Of a DNA stretch of 64,000 nt, positions 42,299-50,475 are shown piece after piece. This DNA comes from Polyangiales bacterium (GTDB lineage: Bacteria > Myxococcota_A > Polyangia > Polyangiales > JADJQN01), in NCBI GenBank assembly GCA_964202905.1, contig CAXNJO010000005.1, positions 128,001 to 192,000 of the forward strand, given 5' to 3'. Each line of letters opens with the position of its first letter. The first letter of the stretch is position 1. The translations under genes and the position numbers were made by a program. The notes below the pieces were generated by a model. That model saw only the letters and a program-made list of their open reading frames with translations. It was not told where the DNA came from and ran no database searches.

Positions 42299-44776
42299 TC
42301 AGCGTCGCGGGCGGCGACGGCGCGAGACGCGCGCAGCAAGCAGCGCGACGAACCCGAGCGCGAGCAGCGTCGGGCCCGAGTCGCGCGACGACCCGCCCGC
42401 CGCGCGGCAGCCGCAGCCCCCGTCGGACGCCGGGCCGGGCGGCGGCAGCGAGGCGTCGCCCGCGCCCCCGTCGGGCACGCCACCGTCGGCCGCGCCCGCG
42501 TCCCCGACGCCCATATCCGCCGGCGGATTGCCACAGAACGGGTCGTCGACGTGCTCGCAGTCCTGCATGTCGGCCGTGCAGCGGTCGGTCGTGCACGGGT
42601 CGGCGTCGTCGCAGACCGTCGCCGGGCCGCAGAGACACTGCGAGTCGGCCAGATCGATCCGGCCGTCACAATCGTTGTCGATGGTGTCCTCGCAGGCCTC
42701 GGAGGCGCGCGGTGTGATGGCGGCGTCGGTGTCGTCGCAGTCGGCGCCGAAGCGGTCCTCGCCGAGGTCGAGACAGTCGCCGTCGCCGGTGTCGTCGATG
42801 CCCATCCCGCAGAAGCCGTCACGGTCGCGGTCGAGCAGGTAGAAGCAGCCGGTGTCGAGGAGGTCGACGTCGCCGTCGCAGTCGTCGTCCTTCGCGTTGC
42901 CGCAGGCCTCCGTCGAGCCCGGGTTCAGCTCCGCGCGTCGGTCGTCGCAGTCGCTCACCGCGAGGTTCTCGCCGCTGTCGAGGCAGTCGCCGTCCCCGTT
43001 GAGGTCGCGGCCGATCGGACAATAGCCGTCCATGTCCGCATCGACGTCACGCACGCAGTCGGTGTCGTCGCGGTCGACGCTGCCGTCCTGATCGTTGTCC
43101 TTGCGGTCGAGGCAATTCTCACGCGCCGTCGGATAGATGGTCGGATCGTAGGGCGCGACGTCGGTGCCGCCGCCCTGCTCGGCGGTGTCGGAGCAGTCAC
43201 CGTCGCCGTTCGTGTCCGGACCGATCTCACACCAGCCGTCACGATCGAAATCGAGGTAGCGCGTCGAGCACGACGAGTCGTAGGCATCGATGCTGCCGTC
43301 ACAGTCGTTGTCGACGGCATCGGTGCAGAACTCGGTCGCCGCCGGGTTGAGCGCGGCGGCGGCGTCGTCGCAATCGGTGCTGCCGCTCTCCTCGCCTGCA
43401 TCCGCACAATCGCCGTCGGTGTTGCGATCGAAGCCGACGAAGCAATACCGATCGCGGTCACCGTCGAGATATCCGGCGCAGTCCACATCGGCGAGGCTCA
43501 CGACGCCATCGCAGTCGTCGTCGATCGCGTTCGTGCAGAGCTCGCCGAGCCCGGGGCTGCGCGCGGCGCTCGCGTCGTCGCAGTCGACGACGCTGCCCTC
43601 CTCGCCCGGATCCGCGCAGTTTCCGTCGCCGTCGAGGTCGCGCCCGCCGGGGCAGTAGCCGTCGCCGTCGCCGTCGCCGAGCCGCGCGCAGGCCTCGTCG
43701 AGGAAATCGACGAATTCATCGCAGTCGTTGTCGAGTCCATCACCGCACGTCTCGGCGAGCCCGGGGCTGACCATCGGGTTCGCGTCGTCGCAGTCGGAGG
43801 TCCCCGACGCCTCACCGGCGTCGCGGCAGTTGCCGTTGCCGTTGAGGTCCCGCCCGATCGGGCAGTAGCCGTCCATGTCGTCGTCGCCGTCACCCGTGCA
43901 GCGCGGGTCGGCGAGGTCGATGAGCGCGTTGCAGTTGTTGTCGATGCCGTCGCCGCAGTTCTCGCCGCCGCCCGGCTTCACGGTCGCGCGGGTGTCGTCG
44001 CAATCGACCGTCCCGTCGTCCTCCCCCGCGTCGGTGCAGTCCCCGTCGCGGTTCATGTCGCGGCCCATCACGCAGGCGGAGTCGCCATCGGCGTCGAAGA
44101 CGCTCGCGCACTCGGAGTCCGAGCGCGGCGCCTGTCCGTCACAGTCGTTGTCGAGGCCGTTGGCGCAGATCTCGGTGATGCCCGAGTTCACCGTCGACAT
44201 CGTGTCGTCGCAATCGACCGCGGCACTCGCCGTCGTCTCCTCGGGGCTGGTGCAGTCACCGTCCGCGTCGAGGTCACGGCCGAAGTAGCAATAGCCGTCC
44301 ATGTCGGCGTCGCGCAGGCCGGGGTTGTCCGACGGGAAGCCGGGACGCGTGCGGTAGGCGGGGACGCCGGGGGCCGGCTGGCCGGGCCGCCAGACACCGA
44401 GCGGATCCTGCAATTCCTGGCCGTTCGTGAAGCCGTCCATGTCGGCGTCCATCCCGGCGAGCGCGGCGCTCCAGGCGAACGACGCGGTGCGGAACTGGGT
44501 GCCGAAGGGGTTCAGGCAGAACGGGACGTCGGTGGCGCCGTAGACGTCCATCCCCACGCAGCCCGAGCCGCCGTCGGGGTTGTTGTGGCAGTTGATGCAA
44601 GGCCGCACCGTGCCGACCGAGTTGGCCGTCGTCGCCGGGTTCGGGACGCGCGCCGCGTAGTACTCGTGCGCCGAGGCGGAGAGCGGCGCGACGGTCACGA
44701 CACAAAACGCGAGGCCGAGTGTCGATGCGATCCGGATGCGGTCCACGGCCCCTCGTATGAAGTTGGGAAGACGCAT
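42299..44776 (-). CDS. MYXO-CTERM surface protein 3: signal peptide, CxxCH temptin-like head, 8 MopE-related (putative metal-binding) Asp/Cys repeats
   Basis: Head HEYYAARVPN..CINCHNN..LNPFG..DADMDGFTNGQELQDP..W..TRPG; repeats DxDxDGYC..GRDxNxDGDC..DCDD..PG..ExC.NxxDNDCDG..D; tail GGCGCRAAGG..LLALGFVALLAARVSRRRRPRR. Confidence 0.88.
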   Translation of the reverse strand: MRLPNFIRGAVDRIRIASTLGLAFCVVTVAPLSASAHEYYAARVPNPATTANSVGTVRPCINCHNNPDGGSGCVGMDVYGATDVPFCLNPFGTQFRTASFAWSAALAGMDADMDGFTNGQELQDPLGVWRPGQPAPGVPAYRTRPGFPSDNPGLRDADMDGYCYFGRDLDADGDCTSPEETTASAAVDCDDTMSTVNSGITEICANGLDNDCDGQAPRSDSECASVFDADGDSACVMGRDMNRDGDCTDAGEDDGTVDCDDTRATVKPGGGENCGDGIDNNCNALIDLADPRCTGDGDDDMDGYCPIGRDLNGNGNCRDAGEASGTSDCDDANPMVSPGLAETCGDGLDNDCDEFVDFLDEACARLGDGDGDGYCPGGRDLDGDGNCADPGEEGSVVDCDDASAARSPGLGELCTNAIDDDCDGVVSLADVDCAGYLDGDRDRYCFVGFDRNTDGDCADAGEESGSTDCDDAAAALNPAATEFCTDAVDNDCDGSIDAYDSSCSTRYLDFDRDGWCEIGPDTNGDGDCSDTAEQGGGTDVAPYDPTIYPTARENCLDRKDNDQDGSVDRDDTDCVRDVDADMDGYCPIGRDLNGDGDCLDSGENLAVSDCDDRRAELNPGSTEACGNAKDDDCDGDVDLLDTGCFYLLDRDRDGFCGMGIDDTGDGDCLDLGEDRFGADCDDTDAAITPRASEACEDTIDNDCDGRIDLADSQCLCGPATVCDDADPCTTDRCTADMQDCEHVDDPFCGNPPADMGVGDAGAADGGVPDGGAGDASLPPPGPASDGGCGCRAAGGSSRDSGPTLLALGFVALLAARVSRRRRPRR

Positions 44777-44786
44777 GAACAGCGCC

Positions 44787-45983
44787 TCAGTTGCGGGTGA
44801 TGCGGAGGCGATAGGGAGCGGGTGCGGTGGCGCCGAGGTCGGAGGCGCGCACCCAGATCGTGTAGACGCCCGTCGGCAGGCCCTGCGCATCGACGCTCGG
44901 GCACGGCGCGCCCGTCACCGGTGTGCCGCGCGGATTGCCGAGCGCATCGCGGAGTTGGATCGTGTAAAGCGTGCTCGAGGGGCTCGTGCACACGGCACCC
45001 GCCGCGGTGAGCGAGTCGACGCGGATGTCGGTGCCCATCGTATCGACGCGCACCTCGAAGACGTCGGGATAACAATCCCCACCGCCGCCGACGTCACCGG
45101 AGATCTCGACCTCCGTCGTCGTCGCGCCGACGAACAGCACCTGATTGGCCTCGACCGAGTTGTCGTTGAACTCGGCCTCGGTGGGGAAGTCACCCATCGT
45201 CGTGCGGCCGACGAGCTTGCGACAATTCGGGGAGCAGGTCCCCGACGCCATGTCGTCGCAGGACTCGCCGTGCTCCTGGATGCCGTTGCCGCACTGCGGG
45301 CGGAAGGCGTCGAGCTGGTAGTGGCCGCCGCCCGGATTCGCGTCGTCGATGCCGATGTAGAAGCGGCCGGGCGCAGGCGCGACGAACGCGAAGTGCTCGT
45401 CGGAGCGGCCCGCGCACGAGTTTGCGAAGACCGCGGCGCAGTTCGTCGGCCGGTCGTTGCAGCCGCCGGCGCCGTCGCTGCCGACGACGTAGACGATGGG
45501 GTCGCGCATCGTTTCGGTCGGCGCGAACATCGGATCGGCCGCGACGTGGAAGTGCCAGTACTCGCCGGCGGCGACGTCGATCGCGAAGTAGCGGTCGTTG
45601 CCGCGCGCAGTCGAGCCGGCGCACGAGGGCGTGAGCGAGGAGGCCGTGGCGTCCGTCGTGTCGATCTTGAGCGAGCGCGTCGTGCCCGCGAGCACGAGCG
45701 TCATCGGATCGCCGCAGATGTCGGCCGCCACTGCTACCGGCGGGCCGAGGTCGGGCGAGCCGAGATCCGGATCGCCGAGGTCGGGCGAGCCGAGATCCGG
45801 ATCGCCGAGGTCGATGCCGGCGTCGAAACCGGCGTCCACGGTCCCCGATGGGAGCGACTCGTAGAAGGACGCGTCGACCACGAAGCAGCCCGAGAGCCCG
45901 ATGGCGACGAGGGGCGCGCCGACCGCCGCGAGGCCGGTGCGCAGGGGACGGAGAAGCGAAACGTGCATGTGGGTCGTGGCCAT
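44787..45983 (-). CDS. Cys-containing lipoprotein with two PPC-like beta-sandwich regions around a myxobacterial Cys-rich repeat
   Basis: Lipobox GLSGC; DLG pentapeptide linker; DPIVYV..APAPGRFYIGIDD; CGNGIQEHGESCDD; LPTGVYTIWVR..PYRLRIT. Confidence 0.75.
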   Translation of the reverse strand: MATTHMHVSLLRPLRTGLAAVGAPLVAIGLSGCFVVDASFYESLPSGTVDAGFDAGIDLGDPDLGSPDLGDPDLGSPDLGPPVAVAADICGDPMTLVLAGTTRSLKIDTTDATASSLTPSCAGSTARGNDRYFAIDVAAGEYWHFHVAADPMFAPTETMRDPIVYVVGSDGAGGCNDRPTNCAAVFANSCAGRSDEHFAFVAPAPGRFYIGIDDANPGGGHYQLDAFRPQCGNGIQEHGESCDDMASGTCSPNCRKLVGRTTMGDFPTEAEFNDNSVEANQVLFVGATTTEVEISGDVGGGGDCYPDVFEVRVDTMGTDIRVDSLTAAGAVCTSPSSTLYTIQLRDALGNPRGTPVTGAPCPSVDAQGLPTGVYTIWVRASDLGATAPAPYRLRITRN

Positions 45984-45997
45984 GAGGGTCCTGGGTC

Positions 45998-46957
45998 TCA
46001 GAAGCGGTGCACGAAGCCCGCGACGCCGCCGTGTGCGTCGAGGGAGAGCGTGGGGAGCGTGCGGAGCGTGGCGCGTGTGGCCGGCGCCGCGGCCTCGCCA
46101 CCGCCCCAGTCGGTGAGGAAGAAGAGCACGGCCGTCGCCGCGCCGAACACGACGGTCCCAGCGAGGAAGACGTTGGTGAGCAGCTGCCGCGAGGCGGCGT
46201 CATCGTGAAGGAGCTTCGCCTGCGACTGCTGCGCGCCGGGCGCAGTGGCGTAGGTCTCGTAGTCGTCGTTCAGCGCAAGGGTGTCGAGACCCGCCCAGAT
46301 CGAGAGCCCACCCGCGACGGCCGTGAGCCCACCCGCGACGAAGAAGAGCGCGGGCGGCGTGCCACCGCTCGCGTCGGCGCCCGTCGGCGGCGGTGTGGGC
46401 TGCTCGCCCCCGCCCTGCTGCTGCGCGAGCTGCTCGCGCTCCGCGGCCTCGCGCGCTTCGCGCTCCGCGGCCTCACGCTGCTGCTCCGCGGCGCGCTCGC
46501 GCTCGCCCGCTGCGGCCTGATCGCGCTGCTCGATGGCCGTGCGGAGCACGCGGATGCGCGCCTCGATTTCGGTGCGATTGGCGACGTTCGGATCCGCGGC
46601 GAGGAAACGCTCGAAGGTCGAGAGCGCCTCGTCATCCTGACGAAGGCGATCGAGCGTCGTCGCGATGTTGAAGAGCAGGCCCGGGCGCGGGCTCGCCTCG
46701 TAGGCCTGACGGAACCGGGCGAGGGCCGTCGTGTAGTCGCCCTCGCCGAACGCGGTGCGGGCCGACTCGAACAAGAGCCGCGCGGCCTGATCGAGCGAGC
46801 CAGGCGCGGTGCCCCCCTGGGCCTGCGGCGCCGCCGGCGTGCCCGCGTCCGGCGAAGTACGCGGCTGCGCGGCGACGCGCGTGGCGCCGCTCGCAACGGT
46901 GGCGATCATCACCGCCGCGACGACCGCCGTCGCAGAGGCCCGCTTTGCATCAAACAT
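45998..46957 (-). CDS. Exported TPR protein with coiled coil, hydrophobic hairpin and C-terminal Phe
   Basis: Signal peptide; ARLLFESARTAFGEGDYTTALARFRQAYE..LLFNIA..DEALSTFERFL; two Gly-rich hydrophobic segments; ends GGVAGFVHRF. Confidence 0.8.
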   Translation of the reverse strand: MFDAKRASATAVVAAVMIATVASGATRVAAQPRTSPDAGTPAAPQAQGGTAPGSLDQAARLLFESARTAFGEGDYTTALARFRQAYEASPRPGLLFNIATTLDRLRQDDEALSTFERFLAADPNVANRTEIEARIRVLRTAIEQRDQAAAGERERAAEQQREAAEREAREAAEREQLAQQQGGGEQPTPPPTGADASGGTPPALFFVAGGLTAVAGGLSIWAGLDTLALNDDYETYATAPGAQQSQAKLLHDDAASRQLLTNVFLAGTVVFGAATAVLFFLTDWGGGEAAAPATRATLRTLPTLSLDAHGGVAGFVHRF

Positions 46958-47001
46958 CCATCCCCTCCACCTGGTTCGTGAACGACGGGACGCTAGCATG
47001 A

Positions 47002-47027
47002 CTGGACTTTGCGTTGCACGGGTCCAG
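47002..47027 (+). promoter_or_regulatory. Possible sigma54 -24/-12 element nested in a CTGGAC-N14-GTCCAG inverted repeat
   Basis: TGGACTTTGCGTTGCA (47003-47018) has GG-N10-GC spacing and TTGCA at -12; it lies in the divergent intergenic region. Confidence 0.35.
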
Positions 47028-47135
47028 ATCTCCGAGCAGGTCGATTGGGTCCGGGGCCTCGATCGTCCAGAAATATCTGCCCCGTCCATGTGGCGAGCCG
47101 CGCCGCGATGTTAGAGTCGGCCTGCGAGGAGCGCG

Positions 47136-48314
47136 ATGCGACGAGCACACTGGCGAATCTGGGCGGCCCTCACCCTCAGCCTCGGCGTCCCGGCCTGCGG
47201 CCACGACGGCCTGATCCTCCCCGATGCAGGCCTGCCGCCGGCGGACCAGGGGGTCGATGGGGCGGACCCGGCCGACCTCGGCAGCGCGGATCTCGGCGGT
47301 GACGACCTCGGCGGTGACGACCTCGGCGGGGCGGATCTCGGCCCCGGGGACGCAGGCCCCGCGGACCTCGGTCCCGAAGACGCCGGTCCTCCGGACCTCG
47401 GCGCACCGTGCAGCGGGCCTCCGGGCCTGTACATCGAGGGCTCGTGCACGATCCTCGCCCCGGGCGTGCGCCCGTACTCCCCGCGCTACGTGCTCTGGTC
47501 CGACAGCGCGCAAAAGGATCGCTTCATCTCGCTGCCGAGCGGCGCACGGATCGACACCTCGAACCCGGACGCGTGGGTCTACCCGCTCGGAACGAAGCTA
47601 TGGAAGACGTTCTCGCGCGACGGGGTGCGCCTCGAGACGCGCTTGCTCGAGAAATTCGCCACCGACATCGGCCCGTCCGCGTGGCGCATGCGGGTGTTCG
47701 CGTGGAACGTCGAGCAGAACCGCGTGAGCGAGGTGACCGAGGGCCGGATGAACGTCCTCGGCACCGATCACGACATCCCCTCGCAGGCCGACTGCGTCCG
47801 CTGTCACGACAACGCGACCCGCGACGCGTCGCTCAGCTTCACCGCCATCCAACTCAACCACGCCGGCACCCCGCTCTCGCTGCAGACCCTGCTCGACGAG
47901 GGCCGGCTCTCGCACCCGATCGCGACGAGCGACGCGGTGGTCCCCGGCGACCCGATGGCGCGCGATGCGCTCGGCTACCTGCACGCCAACTGCGGTCACT
48001 GCCACGGCGGACCGATGCCGCAGGCGGGCATGCGGCTCTGGGTCGACGTCGGTCTGCGCACGGTCGAGGAGACGGGTACGTGGGTGACCGCCGTCGATCA
48101 GATCAGCGGCTGGCTCGCGACCGTGCCACCCACGGTCACCGCGCGCATCGCGCCCGGCGATCCCGGCGCGAGCGCCGTGATCCGGCGCATGTCGCTGCGC
48201 GGCTCGCCGACGATGACGACCGACTACGCGAACCAGATGCCGCCCCTCGGCACGAAGCACGTCGACACAGCCGGCGTCGAGCGCGTGCGAGCCTGGATCG
48301 AGTCGCTGCCCTGA
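47136..48314 (+). CDS. SO2930-type (TIGR03806-like) dihaem c-type cytochrome lipoprotein
   Basis: Lipobox GVPAC; LWSDSAQKDRF, YPLGTKLWKTF, LETRLL, CVRCH, YLHANCGHCH, IAPGDP, QMPPLG. Confidence 0.85.
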   Translation: MRRAHWRIWAALTLSLGVPACGHDGLILPDAGLPPADQGVDGADPADLGSADLGGDDLGGDDLGGADLGPGDAGPADLGPEDAGPPDLGAPCSGPPGLYIEGSCTILAPGVRPYSPRYVLWSDSAQKDRFISLPSGARIDTSNPDAWVYPLGTKLWKTFSRDGVRLETRLLEKFATDIGPSAWRMRVFAWNVEQNRVSEVTEGRMNVLGTDHDIPSQADCVRCHDNATRDASLSFTAIQLNHAGTPLSLQTLLDEGRLSHPIATSDAVVPGDPMARDALGYLHANCGHCHGGPMPQAGMRLWVDVGLRTVEETGTWVTAVDQISGWLATVPPTVTARIAPGDPGASAVIRRMSLRGSPTMTTDYANQMPPLGTKHVDTAGVERVRAWIESLP

Positions 48315-48350
48315 GCGCAGCGGTTCGGGGCGCCCGGCGAGGCGCGACCC

Positions 48351-49106
48351 TCACGCGTACCCGAGCACGAGCGCGCGCGCGAGCAGGTAGAAGCCGTCGA
48401 CGAGGACGAGCAGCAGCAGCTTGAACGGCATGCTCACGGTGGTCGGCGTGAGCATGTGCATGCCGAGCGCGAGCAGGACGTTCGCGACGACCATGTCGAT
48501 CACGAGGAACGGCAGGAACACGAGGAAGCCGATCTGGAAGGCCTCCGTGAGCTCCGTGATCAGGAAGGCCGGCAGCACCACGAGGAAATCCGTCTCGCGC
48601 ACCTCGGCGCGGGTCGCCTCGGGCCGGGCACGCCGAGCGAGGTCGAGGAAGAGCGCGCGCTCCCGAGGGCTCGCGTTGCGCGCGAGGAACGACACGAGCG
48701 GCGCCTTCCCGGCGCGCAGCGCAGAAAACAGCGTCTCGGCGCTCTCGCCCGCGAGCGGCTCGGTGGCGTCGACGCGCGCGACGATCGGCGTGACCGCGTC
48801 GACGATCTCCGCGCCGACAGGCGCCATCACGTAGAGCGTCAGGATCGCCGAGAGCGCGGTGACGATCGTGCCCGACGGAACCTGCCCCGCGCCGAGCGCG
48901 TTGCGCAGGATCGAGAAGACGACCGACATCTTCACGAAGCTCGTCGCCGTCATGAAGACGAACGGCAGGAGCGACAGCACGCCGAGCGCGAGGAGCGTCA
49001 GGAGCGGGCGGCTCGTCGCGAGGCCCGCGGTCGCATCCTGCGCGCGCGCCGCGCCCGCCCAGAGGCACGCGCCGACCATGGCGGCGAGGGGCGCGCAGCG
49101 CGCCAT
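48351..49106 (-). CDS. sctR: FliP/SctR (EscR/YscR) type III export-gate subunit (start uncertain, 49079 or 49106)
   Basis: LSLLPFVFMTATSFVKMSVVFSILRNALGAGQVP, LPAFLITELTEAFQIGFLVFLPFLVIDMVVANVLLALGM, SMPFKLLLLVLVDG. Confidence 0.92.
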   Translation of the reverse strand: MARCAPLAAMVGACLWAGAARAQDATAGLATSRPLLTLLALGVLSLLPFVFMTATSFVKMSVVFSILRNALGAGQVPSGTIVTALSAILTLYVMAPVGAEIVDAVTPIVARVDATEPLAGESAETLFSALRAGKAPLVSFLARNASPRERALFLDLARRARPEATRAEVRETDFLVVLPAFLITELTEAFQIGFLVFLPFLVIDMVVANVLLALGMHMLTPTTVSMPFKLLLLVLVDGFYLLARALVLGYA

Positions 49107-49248
49107 CGTGCGCACGAGCCCGCGGACCGCGACGCACGCAGCGCGGCGGCCCACCGTCCCTTGCGCGGGGCGTGCCCACGCCGCGCTGCGCCCCGAGCCG
49201 AGCCCACAACGTCGCATCGCGCGAACGTTCGCACGGGCCGCACGGGGC

Positions 49249-49311
49249 GCGCAACACCCGCCGCGTCCGCCGCGCGCACGCGGCGTGCGCAACACCCGCC
49301 GCGTCCGCCGC
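49249..49311. repeat. 25-bp direct repeat pair (38-bp period) upstream of fliP/sctR
   Basis: gcgcaacacccgccgcgtccgccgc at 49249 and 49287. Confidence 0.7.
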
Positions 49312-49612
49312 ATCCGCCGCCTGAAGGCGGCGCGGGCACGCGACACAGCGCGGCCCGTCGCGCTGCGCATGGCGTGATACGCCCCTGTGCCGCGCACAGC
49401 GAACCTCACCCTCCCTCGAGGCAGCCCGCCTCGCGCAGGCGAGGGTCGACGCCGACCGGCGCGCGGCGTTCGCGGTCACGGCATGCTGAACGCTGCGCAG
49501 CACCGGATGCTGCACGGCGCCGCGGGCGAGGCGCGCTGCGCGTGAGAGGGATGGGTCGAGCACCGGGCGCGGCAGACGGCGCGGGCCCGCACGCGTCAGC
49601 GCCCGGCCGGAC

Positions 49613-49738
49613 TCACTTCTTCGCGGGCGGGGCCGCAGCGGACTGCGCGGCCTCCTGCTTTTCACGCCACTTGAGGAGCTTCTTGGTGGCGCGGTTCTTC
49701 TGCTTCTTGCGGGCCGGGGGATCCTGCGGGCTGCTCAT
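49613..49738 (-). CDS. 41-aa Lys-rich small protein
   Basis: MSSPQDPPARKKQKNRATKKLLKWREKQEAAQSAAAPPAKK; Lys-rich with G/C-ending codons, unlike shadow ORFs in this GC background. Confidence 0.65.
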   Translation of the reverse strand: MSSPQDPPARKKQKNRATKKLLKWREKQEAAQSAAAPPAKK

Positions 49739-49866
49739 GGCGGCGGGGTATACGGAGATCCGCGCGGATTCGCAACCTCCGCGTGCGCGCGCGGCGGGCC
49801 GCGGCCCGGCCAGGGACCGCGCGACGCTGGCCCTCGGCACGCACCCCGCGCTACCCTCGGCGGCCC

Positions 49867-50250
49867 ATGACGGCCTTGCTCCAGTCCTCGCAAGCGCTCC
49901 CGGGCGGCTACGGCGCCACGTTGTTGCAGACGCTCCTCGCGCTGGCGGCGGTCTGCGTGCTCGCGTGGGTCGTGCTGCGCTGGGGCGCGCAGCGCGGGCT
50001 CGGGACGGGTCGCCTCGCAGGGCGCGTGCGCGTCGTCGAGCGCATCCCGCTCGACCCGCGGCGCTCGCTCTACGTGGTGAAGGCGGGAGAGCGCGTGCTG
50101 CTGCTCGGCGTCGGCGACGGCGCGGCGCCCTCGCTCCTCACGGAGTTGGACGCATCTCTGTTGCCGGCGCAGCCCGAGCCTCGCCCCGGGGAGGCGCGCT
50201 TCCGGGAGGTCCTCGCCCGCCTTCGCGGGGGCACGCCCCCCGGCGTGTGA
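49867..50250 (+). CDS. fliO: FliO/MopB-family protein
   Basis: N-terminal TM, then RVRVVERIPLDPRRSLYVVKAGERVLLLGVGDG..SLLTEL..FREVLAR. Confidence 0.82.
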   Translation: MTALLQSSQALPGGYGATLLQTLLALAAVCVLAWVVLRWGAQRGLGTGRLAGRVRVVERIPLDPRRSLYVVKAGERVLLLGVGDGAAPSLLTELDASLLPAQPEPRPGEARFREVLARLRGGTPPGV

Positions 50251-50475
50251 CGCGCAGCGGGGCGCGCCGGCGACGCAGAGCGCCGACCACGCAAGCGACG
50301 CGCGACTCGCGCTCTGCTCAGGCGAAAGGCGCCCGGGCGCGAAACACGCCACCGCGAAACACGCCAGCGCACAGCGCGCAACATGCCAGCGCGCACTGAA
50401 CCGCTGTTCATTCCGCGGGAGCGCGCGCCGGGACACGCGCGGCGCGCGAGGCGCCGACGCGCGGTGGAGGGCGGT

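Noticed and set aside
26082..46957. Diversity-generating retroelement or invertase-driven variation of the heads
   Set aside because: No reverse transcriptase, recombinase or template/variable repeat pair seen in the window.
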